From an uncultured virus (IMG/VR IMGVR_UViG_3300029305_001437) (taxonomy: Duplodnaviria > Heunggongvirae > Uroviricota > Caudoviricetes): 37,344 nucleotides of DNA. Shown piece after piece: positions 16,553 through 25,998 of this stretch; the stretch's first letter is position 1; every line of letters starts with the position of its first letter. The notes below the pieces were generated by a model. It was not told the origin of the DNA. It did no database searches and saw nothing but the letters and a program-made list of their open reading frames with translations. The position numbers and the translations under genes were made by a program. Where the stretch lies: IMG/VR virus record IMGVR_UViG_3300029305_001437. The stretch is one strand, 5' to 3'.

Positions 16553-17581
16553 ATGAAACATACCCATTATGATGCTGCAGAGCAGAAGGCTCTGCTGAAC
16601 TCTCCCATCCCTGCTGCCATTATGGCTTCCGAAGGCACCCACTTCGACAGTGCGGAGGATGCTTCCATCTTCTTCGCTCGTGAACTGGATCATGTCAAGA
16701 GCAAGTCCTATGACAAGCAGTATCCCCAGTTCACCGCCCTGAATCTGTTCCCCCAGACCTCCGAGGCTGACGCTGGTGCAGAGACCATCACCTACTACAC
16801 CTACGACAAGACCGGCCTGGCTAAGATCATCAGCAACTACTCCACCGATCTGCCCCGTGCCGATGTGACTGGCAAGCCCAGCTTTGCTCAGATCAAGTCT
16901 ATGGGTGCTTCCTACGGCTACTCCGCTCAGGAGATGAGAGCTTCCCGTCTTGCCGGCAAGTCCCTGGACTCCCGCAAGGCTGAGTCCGCTCGTTTCCAGA
17001 TCGACAACCTGAACAACAAGATTGCTTGGGCTGGCGATGCCGAGTCCGGCCTGATGGGTGTTCTGTCCGAAGGTCAGAATGTCCCCATGTTCTCCATCCT
17101 GCCCGGTGCTTCCGGTAAGTCCTCTTGGCTGGAAAAGACCGCCGATGAGATCCTGGACGACATCAACGGTATGCAGAAGCAGGTTGACGCCGCCACTATG
17201 AATGTGGAGCGTCCCGATACTCTGTGTGTGCCCTCCGATGTGTTTATGCACATCAGCACCAAGCGTATCCCCGATACCACTATGACCGTCAAGGCTTTCA
17301 TTCTGGAGAACGCTCCCTACCTGAAGAAGATCGAGCCCGCTCCCGAGCTGAACGCCAACGCCGTAGGCACCAACCCCTACGCCGCTGCTGCTGACGGTCA
17401 AGGTGTTGCGTTCCTGTTCCACAACGACCCCGAGAAGATGGCTCTGGAGAACCCCATGGCGTTCTACCAGTATCCCATGCAGTCCAAGGGTCTGGAGATC
17501 GTGGTGCCCTGCGAGGCTCGTACCGCAGGCGTCATCTTCTACTACCCCCTGTCTGCACTGATCGCTGTCGGCGTATCCTGA
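16553..17581 (+). CDS. major capsid protein (DUF2184-like, HK97 fold)
   Basis: FFARELD.V....Y, DLPRAD, YGYS.QE.RA, C.ARTAGV..YYP motifs; strongly biased codon usage and strong RBS. Confidence 0.9.
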   Translation: MKHTHYDAAEQKALLNSPIPAAIMASEGTHFDSAEDASIFFARELDHVKSKSYDKQYPQFTALNLFPQTSEADAGAETITYYTYDKTGLAKIISNYSTDLPRADVTGKPSFAQIKSMGASYGYSAQEMRASRLAGKSLDSRKAESARFQIDNLNNKIAWAGDAESGLMGVLSEGQNVPMFSILPGASGKSSWLEKTADEILDDINGMQKQVDAATMNVERPDTLCVPSDVFMHISTKRIPDTTMTVKAFILENAPYLKKIEPAPELNANAVGTNPYAAAADGQGVAFLFHNDPEKMALENPMAFYQYPMQSKGLEIVVPCEARTAGVIFYYPLSALIAVGVS

Positions 17582-17592
17582 TCCCGTAAGAA

Positions 17593-17622
17593 CAAGGAGG
17601 GTGCCATTCGGTGCCCTCCTTG
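17593..17622 (+). terminator. hairpin after the major capsid gene (partial terminator or mRNA stabiliser)
   Basis: CAAGGAGGGTGCC-ATTC-GGTGCCCTCCTTG, with no clear U-tract. Confidence 0.55.
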
Positions 17623-17678
17623 AAACATTCTGTTGAAATCGCCGGCTTTGACCGGCTCGAATTTTGGAGGTTACAGAA

Positions 17679-18026
17679 ATGATTATCAAGAATACTGGCA
17701 CTAAGATCGTCCACATCGGCACCACGATGCTGATGCCCGAAGACACTATGACCGCCGACAAGGCTGTCTGCGAAGCTCCTGCTATCAAGGCTTTCGTCAA
17801 GAAGGGCCTGCTGTCTGTCTCCGAGGAGCCCAAGGCTCCCAAGAACGGCAACGACGCTAAGGCTAAGGCTGAGGCTGAGGCAAAGGCTAAGGCCGAAGCT
17901 GAGGCAAAGGCTAAGGCTGAGGCTGAAGCCAAGGCTAAGGCTGAGAAGGAAGCAGCAGAAGCTAAGGCTAAGGCCGAAGCAGAAGCCAAGGCTGCCGCCG
18001 CTGCTGCCGCTGCTGCCCAGAAGTAA
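17679..18026 (+). CDS. small head-associated protein with (AKAKAEAE)n helical tail
   Basis: GGAGG RBS before ATG 17679; imperfect 24-nt tandem repeats at about 17856-17995. Confidence 0.75.
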   Translation: MIIKNTGTKIVHIGTTMLMPEDTMTADKAVCEAPAIKAFVKKGLLSVSEEPKAPKNGNDAKAKAEAEAKAKAEAEAKAKAEAEAKAKAEKEAAEAKAKAEAEAKAAAAAAAAAQK

Positions 18027-18029
18027 GGA

Positions 18030-18428
18030 GTGAACACGATGACGTCCATTGAGATGATCCGCCTTGTCGGTGCGGAGTTTAAGGATGTGGAAGACAAGAC
18101 CGTGGAGCAGTGGATCGAAATTGTCCGCCCTATGGTCAGCAAGAAGCAGTTCGGCAAACTGTATGAGCAGGCACTCGCCCAGCTCGTCTGCCACAAGCTG
18201 AAGATGGCCGGTTATGGTGAGAACCCGTTGGGGGAACTCGGTACGGTAGGTATTGGGTTGACCGTGGGCAGCGTGTCCGAAGGAGGCAGCTCTGTGAGCT
18301 TTGGTGCAAACGCCGCATCTATGCTCGTCAAGGATGCTGAGCTCGGCCTGACTGTCTACGGTGCCCAGTTCCTGTCTCTCCGCCGTATGGTTATTGTACC
18401 GATCCACTGTGGAGGGGAGGTCGATTAA
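18030..18428 (+). CDS. head-tail adaptor (DUF4054-like)
   Basis: EF..V.D..V..W, L..H.L, S.SEG..SVSF, T.YG.QF..LRR motifs; synteny. Confidence 0.8.
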   Translation: MNTMTSIEMIRLVGAEFKDVEDKTVEQWIEIVRPMVSKKQFGKLYEQALAQLVCHKLKMAGYGENPLGELGTVGIGLTVGSVSEGGSSVSFGANAASMLVKDAELGLTVYGAQFLSLRRMVIVPIHCGGEVD

Positions 18429-18430
18429 GT

Positions 18431-18889
18431 ATGGCTCTGGCATTTACAGATATGACCCCTGAAGGTAAGAAGTTCTTTGCCCAGCTCCGGGCAATGGAAA
18501 AGATGGAGGTCCGTGTTGGCTTCCAGCAAGGTCAGGGATCATACGAAGACGGTGCAGATCTCGTTGAGGTTGCCGCCTACAACGAGCTGGGCTCGTCTTC
18601 CACCCCGGCAAGACCTTTTATGAGGCAGAGCTTTGAAAATCACGAAGCTGAGCTGAGGAAGGCTTGCGAAGATGCCAACAAGGTGCTTGCATCCGGAGGC
18701 ACTGCACAGCAGGCGTTGAACCGGATCGGCGTGGTTGCCAAGGGTCTCGTCCAGGATGAGATTGCCAACGGCAGCTTCGAGCCGAACGCAGAAAGCACAA
18801 TCGCTAAGAAGGGCTCTGCAAGGCCGTTGATTGACACCGGCTATATGAGAGAGAATGTCAACTATGTAATCAAAGGCAGAGGTGAGTAG
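18431..18889 (+). CDS. neck/tail-completion protein
   Basis: V.VGF, VAAYNE.G, PARPFMR, PNA.STI..KGS..PLIDTG motifs. Confidence 0.8.
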   Translation: MALAFTDMTPEGKKFFAQLRAMEKMEVRVGFQQGQGSYEDGADLVEVAAYNELGSSSTPARPFMRQSFENHEAELRKACEDANKVLASGGTAQQALNRIGVVAKGLVQDEIANGSFEPNAESTIAKKGSARPLIDTGYMRENVNYVIKGRGE

Positions 18890-18891
18890 TT

Positions 18892-19308
18892 ATGAACATA
18901 TCGCTTTTCAATCGAAGATACTGGCTCCGCCGGTTCGGTGAACAGCGGGAGGTCAAAGGCTACCTGGCTGCCGGTTGCACAGATTGCGTCATCAGTATCC
19001 ACGCCCACCCGATGGGCACGGATACGCTGCAGGCACTTCCGGAAGGTGAACGCTCCGTAAAGAGGATCGAAGGCCACGGTTCGTACAAGCTCAACACCGC
19101 AGAAACCGGTAGCAGCAAGAAGGCAGACCTTCTGCTCTACGACGGTAACTGGTACGAGTGCGTCGTTTGTATGAGCTACAAGCAGACGATCCTGTCCCAC
19201 TACAACTACCAGTTCGTGCAGGTGCCTATGGACGGCTCCCGGCGAGATGACATCGCCAATCCGCCGACCGGCGACCCTGAGAAGGAAAGGGTGGTGGAGA
19301 CCTTATGA
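18892..19308 (+). CDS. putative head-closure protein
   Basis: LQALPEGER and ADLLLYDG.WYE motifs; synteny in the neck module. Confidence 0.65.
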   Translation: MNISLFNRRYWLRRFGEQREVKGYLAAGCTDCVISIHAHPMGTDTLQALPEGERSVKRIEGHGSYKLNTAETGSSKKADLLLYDGNWYECVVCMSYKQTILSHYNYQFVQVPMDGSRRDDIANPPTGDPEKERVVETL

Positions 19309-19805
19309 CTGTATCCGGAGCGAAAGAGTTGTTCCGCCAGCTCGTCAAGGAACACTTTGCAAACAGCACTGTGATCTTCGACCGGCAGAGCAGAGTAACT
19401 AAGCCTGAGATCCCCCTCGTCACCATATCGCCTGGTAATGTCAAACGACACCGGGCGGCCAACGAGATCCTCGACCTTCCCGAAAGGGAGGGTTACTTCC
19501 ACTGCAAACTCTCGTTTGTGATCGACCTGTTCACCCACGGCTCCCCTGTGTATGATGACGATACACATACGGAAGTCGCAAGGGAGGACACCGCCACAGA
19601 TGAGATGTCCCTGTTTGCCAATTTCCTCGACTCCGAATATGTGACGCTGTGGAGTAACACCCACGATGTTGCAGTACAGGTCGAAGGAGATGTGCAAAAC
19701 CTGACAGGAGCCGTGAACGATACGACCTATGAGTTCCGTTCCAGGCTGATTGTCAACTTTTATTTCACCCAGAAGACCGTCGGTGATAAAGCGGCTCCCG
19801 CTTAA
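19305..19805 (+). CDS. putative tail terminator/neck protein
   Basis: Directly upstream of the sheath gene; typical size; YE.R....V.F C-terminal strand. Confidence 0.6.
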   Translation: MTVSGAKELFRQLVKEHFANSTVIFDRQSRVTKPEIPLVTISPGNVKRHRAANEILDLPEREGYFHCKLSFVIDLFTHGSPVYDDDTHTEVAREDTATDEMSLFANFLDSEYVTLWSNTHDVAVQVEGDVQNLTGAVNDTTYEFRSRLIVNFYFTQKTVGDKAAPA

Positions 19806-19839
19806 CGCCGGCGGCATCATTCCATAAGGAGGAAATGCA

Positions 19840-20937
19840 ATGAATAACTTTGATTTGATTGCCACCCTGAACATCGACATCGCACAGCAGATCGCCGATG
19901 GACAGAGCTTTGGCAATCTGCTCATTGTCGGTCCTGCCCCCGTTGCGGAAGCTGCTACCGCTGCTCCTATTGCCGTATATGCAAGCCTGGATGAGGTCAC
20001 CAAGGCTGGCTTCGTCGTAACCGGTGAAAACGCCGACCCCGTCGGTGTGGCCGCCCGTGTTGCGTTCAGCAAGAAGCCTAAGCCCTCCGCCATCTACATT
20101 GCGGTGATCCAGGAAGGCGAAACCGCAGTCAAGGCTGTGGAGAGAGCTATCGCCACCACCGGTTGGTGGGCTGTCTGCACCGCTGGTGTAGAAGCATCTC
20201 AGTATGAGGCGATTGCCACCCTCATCGAGGCTCACGAGAAGGTATTTGTCTATGCTGAAACGGACTTCTTTGCCGGTGCCAAGGCTCAGGCTGCTGTTAC
20301 CGGTAAGTATTTCCGCACCATCGGCATCTTTGCCAAGGAGAGCTCCGCACAGGAAGCAGACGACATCCCCGAAGCAAACCGCTACATCAATGTTGCCTTC
20401 GCCGCTGAGTGGTTCAACTACCAGTCCGGTACTGAGACCACTGCCTACAAGTCCCTTGTGGGTATCAAGCCTGCTCAGCTCAACGCTGACGAGATGGCCG
20501 CACTGGATGCTGCGAACCTGAACTACTATGTCACCGTCGGCAGCAGAGACCTGACTGTTGGTGGCAAGGTAATGTATGGTGAGTGGGCCGATGTGATCCG
20601 CTTCCGTGACTGGCTGCAGAACGATATGCAGGTTCGTGTCGTGGATCTGTTCGCTACGAACTCCAAGATCCCGTTCACCGACGCCGGCATCGCTGCTATC
20701 CAGAACCAGATGCTTGCCTCTTTGAAGGCAGGTCAGGACATCGGCGGCATCGCTGAGGAGGAGTTCGACAAGGATGGCAATACCATCCCCGGCTTCACCA
20801 CCTCTGTCCCGTCTGCTGCCAGCCTCACCGCTGCACAGAAGTCCACCCGTAAGATCACCGGCTTGACCTTCAAGGCAAGACTGGCAAGTGCAATCCACCT
20901 GACTGAGCTGGATGGCACCCTGACCTACGAGCTGTAA
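19840..20937 (+). CDS. tail sheath protein (DUF3383-like)
   Basis: K.L.GI, NYY, GEW.DVIRFRDWL, KIPFTDAGI, F.ARLA.AIH motifs. Confidence 0.88.
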   Translation: MNNFDLIATLNIDIAQQIADGQSFGNLLIVGPAPVAEAATAAPIAVYASLDEVTKAGFVVTGENADPVGVAARVAFSKKPKPSAIYIAVIQEGETAVKAVERAIATTGWWAVCTAGVEASQYEAIATLIEAHEKVFVYAETDFFAGAKAQAAVTGKYFRTIGIFAKESSAQEADDIPEANRYINVAFAAEWFNYQSGTETTAYKSLVGIKPAQLNADEMAALDAANLNYYVTVGSRDLTVGGKVMYGEWADVIRFRDWLQNDMQVRVVDLFATNSKIPFTDAGIAAIQNQMLASLKAGQDIGGIAEEEFDKDGNTIPGFTTSVPSAASLTAAQKSTRKITGLTFKARLASAIHLTELDGTLTYEL

Positions 20938-20956
20938 GAAAGGAGGACAATTCGTT

Positions 20957-21373
20957 ATGGGAAAGGTTAAGACTTATAACCCCAAGGAAGTGACCTGTGC
21001 TCTTGGTAGCCACATCGTTTCCGGTTACGCCGATGACTCCTTCATCACGATCGACCCCAACGCCGATGGCGTGACCAAGAAGGTCGGCTGTGATGGTGAG
21101 GTGGTCAGAAGCGTAAGTCCTGACGATACCTGCATCGTCAAGATCTCCCTGCTGCAGACCTCCGAAACGAACTCGTTTCTGCAGGCCTGTGTTGCAAGAG
21201 ACCGCAAGACTGGGGACGGTATGTTCCCGATCATCATCAAGGACCTCAAGGGCGGCCTGGTGTTCAGCACCGATGCTGCTTGGTGCAAGGGTCCTGCAAG
21301 CCGTGGCTACGGCAAGGAAGCTGGCAACCGTGAGTGGGAGATCCACACCGGCTCTGCTACGCTGGAGGAGTAA
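20957..21373 (+). CDS. tail tube protein (DUF3277-like)
   Basis: TYNPK.V, GYADDSFI, VG.DGEV, L.QTS..N..L, REW motifs; follows the sheath gene. Confidence 0.85.
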   Translation: MGKVKTYNPKEVTCALGSHIVSGYADDSFITIDPNADGVTKKVGCDGEVVRSVSPDDTCIVKISLLQTSETNSFLQACVARDRKTGDGMFPIIIKDLKGGLVFSTDAAWCKGPASRGYGKEAGNREWEIHTGSATLEE

Positions 21374-21380
21374 TATCCCT

Positions 21381-21416
21381 GACACCGCTCTTGCTTAGGT
21401 GAGAGCGGTGTCTTTG
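21381..21416 (+). terminator. intrinsic terminator after the tail tube gene
   Basis: GACACCGCTCT...AGAGCGGTGTC followed by TTTGT. Confidence 0.7.
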
Positions 21417-21449
21417 TCCAACTATGAATGAATTTAGGAGGTTGTCGTT

Positions 21450-21980
21450 ATGAAACAGTTGGAAGTTACGAAGAAAGAAATTGGAGATGCCGTTTTCTAC
21501 ATCAAGCCGTTCCCTGCATTTACCGCTGCGAACCTCAGCGGCGATCTGGCGAACCTGGTTGCACCGCTGTTTGGGGGAATGGCTGGTGCCTTTAGCAACT
21601 CCAAGGTCGATGACATTATGAGTATGGAGATTGATGAGGCTCTGCCCTCCATCAGCTCCGCCTTCTCTGGACTGTCCGGAGACAAGTTTGAGCGGCTGAT
21701 GAGAAAGCTGCTCGTCGAACACAAGAATATCTCGGTCGAGTGCGAAGCCACCGATGGGGAGACCAAGGTACTCTCCTACGACCTGGCTAACGAAGTATTC
21801 TGTGGTGAAGTGCAGGATATGTACATCCTCTGCTTCGAGGTTATCCGTTTGAACTACAAGGGTTTTTTCAAGAAACTCGGAGCCCGATTTGGAAACCTGC
21901 TCGGGGCTTTTCAGACGAAGACTCCGAGTTCGGAAGATACGGAGAGTTCGATTACGGACAATTCACAGAACTCGAATTAA
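21450..21980 (+). CDS. tail assembly chaperone (short, G-like form)
   Basis: Between tube and tape measure; ends ...EVIRLNYKGFF, which carries a slippery site. Confidence 0.8.
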   Translation: MKQLEVTKKEIGDAVFYIKPFPAFTAANLSGDLANLVAPLFGGMAGAFSNSKVDDIMSMEIDEALPSISSAFSGLSGDKFERLMRKLLVEHKNISVECEATDGETKVLSYDLANEVFCGEVQDMYILCFEVIRLNYKGFFKKLGARFGNLLGAFQTKTPSSEDTESSITDNSQNSN

Positions 21981-22135
21981 GGCTTTACATCCTCATTAAA
22001 GCGAGGCTGGCCTCTAAGTTTGAACTCGAAACCGTCTATTCTTTAGATGAAGCCTTGAAACTGTATGCCCTGTACCGTATGGACCAGGACATCCAGCACT
22101 TCCAGGCTGATGAAATCAAACAGAATACTGGTTAA
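21860..22135 (+). CDS. -1 frameshift extension of the tail assembly chaperone (GT-like form)
   Basis: G_GGT_TTT heptamer at 21860-21866; the -1 frame is open to TAA 22133-22135 (FQETRSPIW...LASKFELETVYSLDEALKLYALY...NTG). Confidence 0.8.
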   Translation, partial: GFFQETRSPIWKPARGFSDEDSEFGRYGEFDYGQFTELELRLYILIKARLASKFELETVYSLDEALKLYALYRMDQDIQHFQADEIKQNTG

Positions 22136-22165
22136 GAATCAACCGAAAGTGAGGTGAGTCTGTAA

Positions 22166-24727
22166 TTGACCATTTCTGAGTTTGTCAATAAGGTTGGCTT
22201 TAAGGTAAAGGACGAAGATGTCAAAAAAGTCAACGACTCGGTAAAGGGTATCAAGGACACCGCCACGAAACTTCTCGGAGCAATCGGCATTGGCTTTAGT
22301 CTTGCCGCCGTGAATGGACTCATCGAAGAATTTGGTGCAGTCAACAATGCTATCCGGAACTCCGTCGGAGAGCTGGGTAACATGGAGGAAACCCAGGGTT
22401 TGATCCTGGCTGCAGCGAACGATTGCAGAGGCACCTATTCGGATATGGCGAACACCGTATCCAATTTGGTGAAGTCGAGCTCGGATCTGTTCCCCGTTGA
22501 AGACGCAGCGGAGTACACAAGTGCAGTAACCAAACTGCTGAAATCGGCAGGGCGAAGCGAAGCCACAATAGCAAGCGTTATGGAGGGACTGAATAAGTCG
22601 TTCCAGAAGGGTATCGTAGATACTGAAACGCTGAATAAACTGCTCGAACAGGCACCTGAAGCGGCGAATGTTCTCGCAAAGCACCTCGGTGTGGCGAAGA
22701 CACAGCTGCTCGATATGGCAGCCAACGGGCAGATGAAAGTCGAAGACCTGAAGTACGCATTTCTCGACTCGGCGGATGAGATTAACGCCGCCTTCGGAAA
22801 TGTTGATATGACTATCTCCGACGGACTGCGAAGCATTAGAAATCAGTGGGGTCTGTGGTTGGCACAGACAGACAAAACGCTTGGGATCACCAAGACGCTA
22901 TCGAAGGTAATGGTGTCCGCCTTTAACGGCGTGATCGCCATATTGAACCGAGTGCGAACTGCTGTCGTCTGGCTCTCTGAAAAGCTGGGCGGCACCGAGA
23001 ACCTACTGAAACTGGTTGCCATCGCAGCAGGCTCGATTTTCCTTGCTTTGAATTTCGACAAGATCGTCAATGGCATCAAGATGATAGGCAAAGCCATTGG
23101 CGGCTTGAATTTGAAGATGGTTGCGATCATCGCAGTCATCATTCTTATAGCCCTGCTTGTTGAAGACTTTATCAACTTTATGCAGGGCAACAACTCGCTG
23201 ATGGGATCTCTGCTTGAACAGACGGGTATCGACTGTGAGGCAGTAAGATCCAAGATCACCGAGGTATGGAACTCGATCGTCGGTTTCCTGTCGCAGGTAT
23301 GGGACGGAATTAAGGGAGCAGCCCAGATCACCTGGGGTGCGATCAAGGATTTCTTCAACCGGCACGGCGAAACGATCAAGAAGAACTTTGAGCGTTACTG
23401 GAACAACATCAAAGACTTCCTTGGCACGATCTGGGGTATGATCTCCGACATCATCTCCGGTGTCTTTGGCACTCAGGAAAAGAATGTCGATGGCTCCCAA
23501 AAGTCGATCAGCGAAACGATTGTCGGAGGATGGCAAGCCATACTGGATGCCATTATGCCGATACTCGACGGACTGTTCGCCGCCTGGGATGCCATCTTCA
23601 ATGCACTGATGACGGTAGTGGAATTTGTCCTGAACCTGATAAAGAAGTTCTGGGACAAATGGGGTGCCGACATCGTCAACTTCCTGAAGAAGACCTGGGA
23701 CGCAATCAAGAAGGTCATCGACGGTGCACTGACCATAATCAAAGGCATCGGCAATTTCATCGCAGGCGTATTTTCGGGCGACTGGAAGAAAGCCTGGGAG
23801 GGAATTAAGCAGGTCTTTGAGGGAATTTGGAAAGCTATTCAGGGTGTGATCGAGTCGGTCATCGCCTATGTAGAGCTTGCCGTGAAGTTCTGGGTCGATA
23901 ACATCAAGATGATCTGGAGTGCGATCACCGCTTTCTTCCAGGATCTCTGGAACGGTATCTGCGAGATCTTTGCCGGTATCGGAGAGTGGTTTGCTGGTGT
24001 ATTCCAGGCAGCTTGGGACGGCATCGTCGCCATCTGGAACTCCGTTGTCGGTTGGTTCCAGGGTGTATGGAACGGCATCGTCGGTGTGTTCTCCGCCGTC
24101 GGCTCCTGGTTTGCGGGTATCTTCAACTCTGCGTGGGAAGGCATCAAGAACGCCTTCAGTGCGGTCGGCTCCTTCTTCCAGGGTATTTGGGACACGATCG
24201 TCGGTATGTTCACCAAGATCGGCACCTCGATCGGCGACGGTATCTCCGGAGCCTTCAAGTCTGTCGTGAACGGCGTCATCGGTTTTGCCGCAAAGATCAT
24301 CAATGGTTTCATTGACTCGATCAACTGGGCGATCGGTGTCATTAACAAGATCCCCGGTGTCAACATCAGCAAGCTGTCCCGCATCCAGCTGCAGGGACTT
24401 GCCCAAGGTGGTTACATCGGTGCGAATAAGCCCACTCCTGTTGTCATCGGTGATAACAAGAGCGAAGGTGAGATCGTATCGCCTATCAGTAAGATGCGTG
24501 ACACGATGCTGGACGCCCTGCGGATGTTTGCAACCGCAAAGCGGCCCAGTCCCACTACGCAGATGATGTCCAACAGCACGACCAACCGGAGTGTTGTACA
24601 GAACATCGAGTTCCACAATGAGTTCAATGGCGACAGGGCTATCCAGAAGGAAGCTAAGCAGACTATGGATAGATCTGCACAAGACATCACGGCTACCCTT
24701 GCTCGGGGTATTGCTTTGGCTACATAA
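22166..24727 (+). CDS. tail tape measure protein, 853 aa
   Basis: GAGGTGA RBS and TTG start; tape-measure domain (LLEQAPE...LAKHLGV...MA..GQ), hydrophobic segments and roughly 11-residue Trp/Phe periodic repeats. Confidence 0.92.
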   Translation: MTISEFVNKVGFKVKDEDVKKVNDSVKGIKDTATKLLGAIGIGFSLAAVNGLIEEFGAVNNAIRNSVGELGNMEETQGLILAAANDCRGTYSDMANTVSNLVKSSSDLFPVEDAAEYTSAVTKLLKSAGRSEATIASVMEGLNKSFQKGIVDTETLNKLLEQAPEAANVLAKHLGVAKTQLLDMAANGQMKVEDLKYAFLDSADEINAAFGNVDMTISDGLRSIRNQWGLWLAQTDKTLGITKTLSKVMVSAFNGVIAILNRVRTAVVWLSEKLGGTENLLKLVAIAAGSIFLALNFDKIVNGIKMIGKAIGGLNLKMVAIIAVIILIALLVEDFINFMQGNNSLMGSLLEQTGIDCEAVRSKITEVWNSIVGFLSQVWDGIKGAAQITWGAIKDFFNRHGETIKKNFERYWNNIKDFLGTIWGMISDIISGVFGTQEKNVDGSQKSISETIVGGWQAILDAIMPILDGLFAAWDAIFNALMTVVEFVLNLIKKFWDKWGADIVNFLKKTWDAIKKVIDGALTIIKGIGNFIAGVFSGDWKKAWEGIKQVFEGIWKAIQGVIESVIAYVELAVKFWVDNIKMIWSAITAFFQDLWNGICEIFAGIGEWFAGVFQAAWDGIVAIWNSVVGWFQGVWNGIVGVFSAVGSWFAGIFNSAWEGIKNAFSAVGSFFQGIWDTIVGMFTKIGTSIGDGISGAFKSVVNGVIGFAAKIINGFIDSINWAIGVINKIPGVNISKLSRIQLQGLAQGGYIGANKPTPVVIGDNKSEGEIVSPISKMRDTMLDALRMFATAKRPSPTTQMMSNSTTNRSVVQNIEFHNEFNGDRAIQKEAKQTMDRSAQDITATLARGIALAT

Positions 24728-24741
24728 GGGAGGTCGAGATT

Positions 24742-25332
24742 ATGGCAAAGGTGAAAATTCCTGTTTCCATCAATGGCATTGAGTTCGACGCCCTTATGTC
24801 CGAAGACCGTGGGTTTGAAGCGAGTGTACCGGAGTATTCCGTTGAGGACGGCTTTTCTGTAACCGATGCGATTATCATCGGCTCGGAGAAATTGTCTATG
24901 ACCCTGTTCGTTACGAACACCCCGGTCACTTGGCACAGGCGGCACGGCTCCAGCCCGACCAGAGTGAAAGAGATCTGCGACAAGCTGGAGAAGTTGTTCC
25001 TGGAGGCAATCCCCGTAACCGTTATCACGAACGATGCGGTTTACAAGAGTATGGCTATCGAGAGTATCTCGTTCTCCAAGACGCTTGAGCAGGGATATGC
25101 CAGAGAGATACCGATTTCGTTCAAGAAGATCCGTGTTACCAAGGCACGGACCACGACGATCCCGGACAGCTACGGTAAGAGCGGAGGCACCGGCACATCC
25201 GCCGGCTCCGCCAACACCAGCACCGGCTCCACCGGAGGATCCGGAGGCTCGGGCAATTCCGGAAGTAATGACGGCAAGAGCAAGTCCAGTATCCTCTACG
25301 GCGTGGCATCGTCCATCGGCATCATCAAGTAA
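24742..25332 (+). CDS. baseplate/tube-initiator (Dit-like) protein
   Basis: FDA..SE......EY.VEDG..VTD and V.VIT...VY.SM.I motifs; follows the tape measure gene. Confidence 0.75.
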   Translation: MAKVKIPVSINGIEFDALMSEDRGFEASVPEYSVEDGFSVTDAIIIGSEKLSMTLFVTNTPVTWHRRHGSSPTRVKEICDKLEKLFLEAIPVTVITNDAVYKSMAIESISFSKTLEQGYAREIPISFKKIRVTKARTTTIPDSYGKSGGTGTSAGSANTSTGSTGGSGGSGNSGSNDGKSKSSILYGVASSIGIIK

Positions 25333-25344
25333 AGGGGGATCAGT

Positions 25345-25662
25345 ATGGAGTATGTAATCATTGAAGTCCCCGACCTGAACGACAGTATGTCCCGCATCGT
25401 GCTGAACGGTGTGCCGTACCAGATCAGGTTCTCCTACAATGATACCAAGGACTATTGGAAGTTCAGCCTGTATGACACGCAGAACAACCCGATTGCCCTC
25501 GGTATCAAGATCGTCCCGAATTTCCCGCTGAACATCTTCTACGGAGTGACACAGCTCCCGTCCGGAGTGTTTGCGGCAAAGTCGAAGCTCGACCACATCG
25601 GGCGAAACGACTTTAAGGACGGCAAGGCGGAGTTCATCTTCTGTCCTGCTGACCTGGGGTGA
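25345..25662 (+). CDS. small baseplate (plug-like) protein
   Basis: I.LNG..Y..RF.YN....W..SLYD...P...GIKIV motif; synteny. Confidence 0.7.
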   Translation: MEYVIIEVPDLNDSMSRIVLNGVPYQIRFSYNDTKDYWKFSLYDTQNNPIALGIKIVPNFPLNIFYGVTQLPSGVFAAKSKLDHIGRNDFKDGKAEFIFCPADLG

Positions 25663-25683
25663 TCCTGTCCGTAATCTGCGGCG

Positions 25684-25914
25684 AAAATCCACAGACATTC
25701 CTACGGACATTCCACAGACAGACCGGAAACGCACATCGTATGCAGACACAGCTCTGCTGCGGTGTGTGATTTTCGGCTGCTGTCTGTCCTTTTCTGTTTG
25801 TCCTGCGGAAATTCCACGGACAGTCCTGCGGACATTCCACGGAAATTCCAGACATAACCGTAACCGTAACCGTAACCGTAACCTATACCATAACCGAACC
25901 TTAACAGGTATAGG
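25684..25914. repeat. iteron-like 11-12 bp direct repeats plus (TAACCG)n hexamer array, ori-like
   Basis: Two clusters of (G/A)GA(C/A)ATTCC(A/T)C-like units (about 25684-25722 and 25800-25854); four perfect TAACCG copies at 25855-25878 plus degenerate ones; CCTATACC/GGTATAGG inverted repeat at 25882-25914. Confidence 0.8.
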
Positions 25915-25998
25915 GATATATGTGCATTTGGCAATGCACGAGTGTTTTTGAATTTGAGAGTAACCGATTGTATCGGATGATATACAAGGAGGTGCCTT

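Noticed and set aside
23300..24300. Periodic Trp-rich repeats as a separate repeat element
   Set aside because: This is the ordinary repeat pattern of tape measure proteins.
25684..25900. CRISPR array or telomere-like repeat
   Set aside because: The units are 6-12 bp with no unique spacers, no cas genes are present, and the location is internal.
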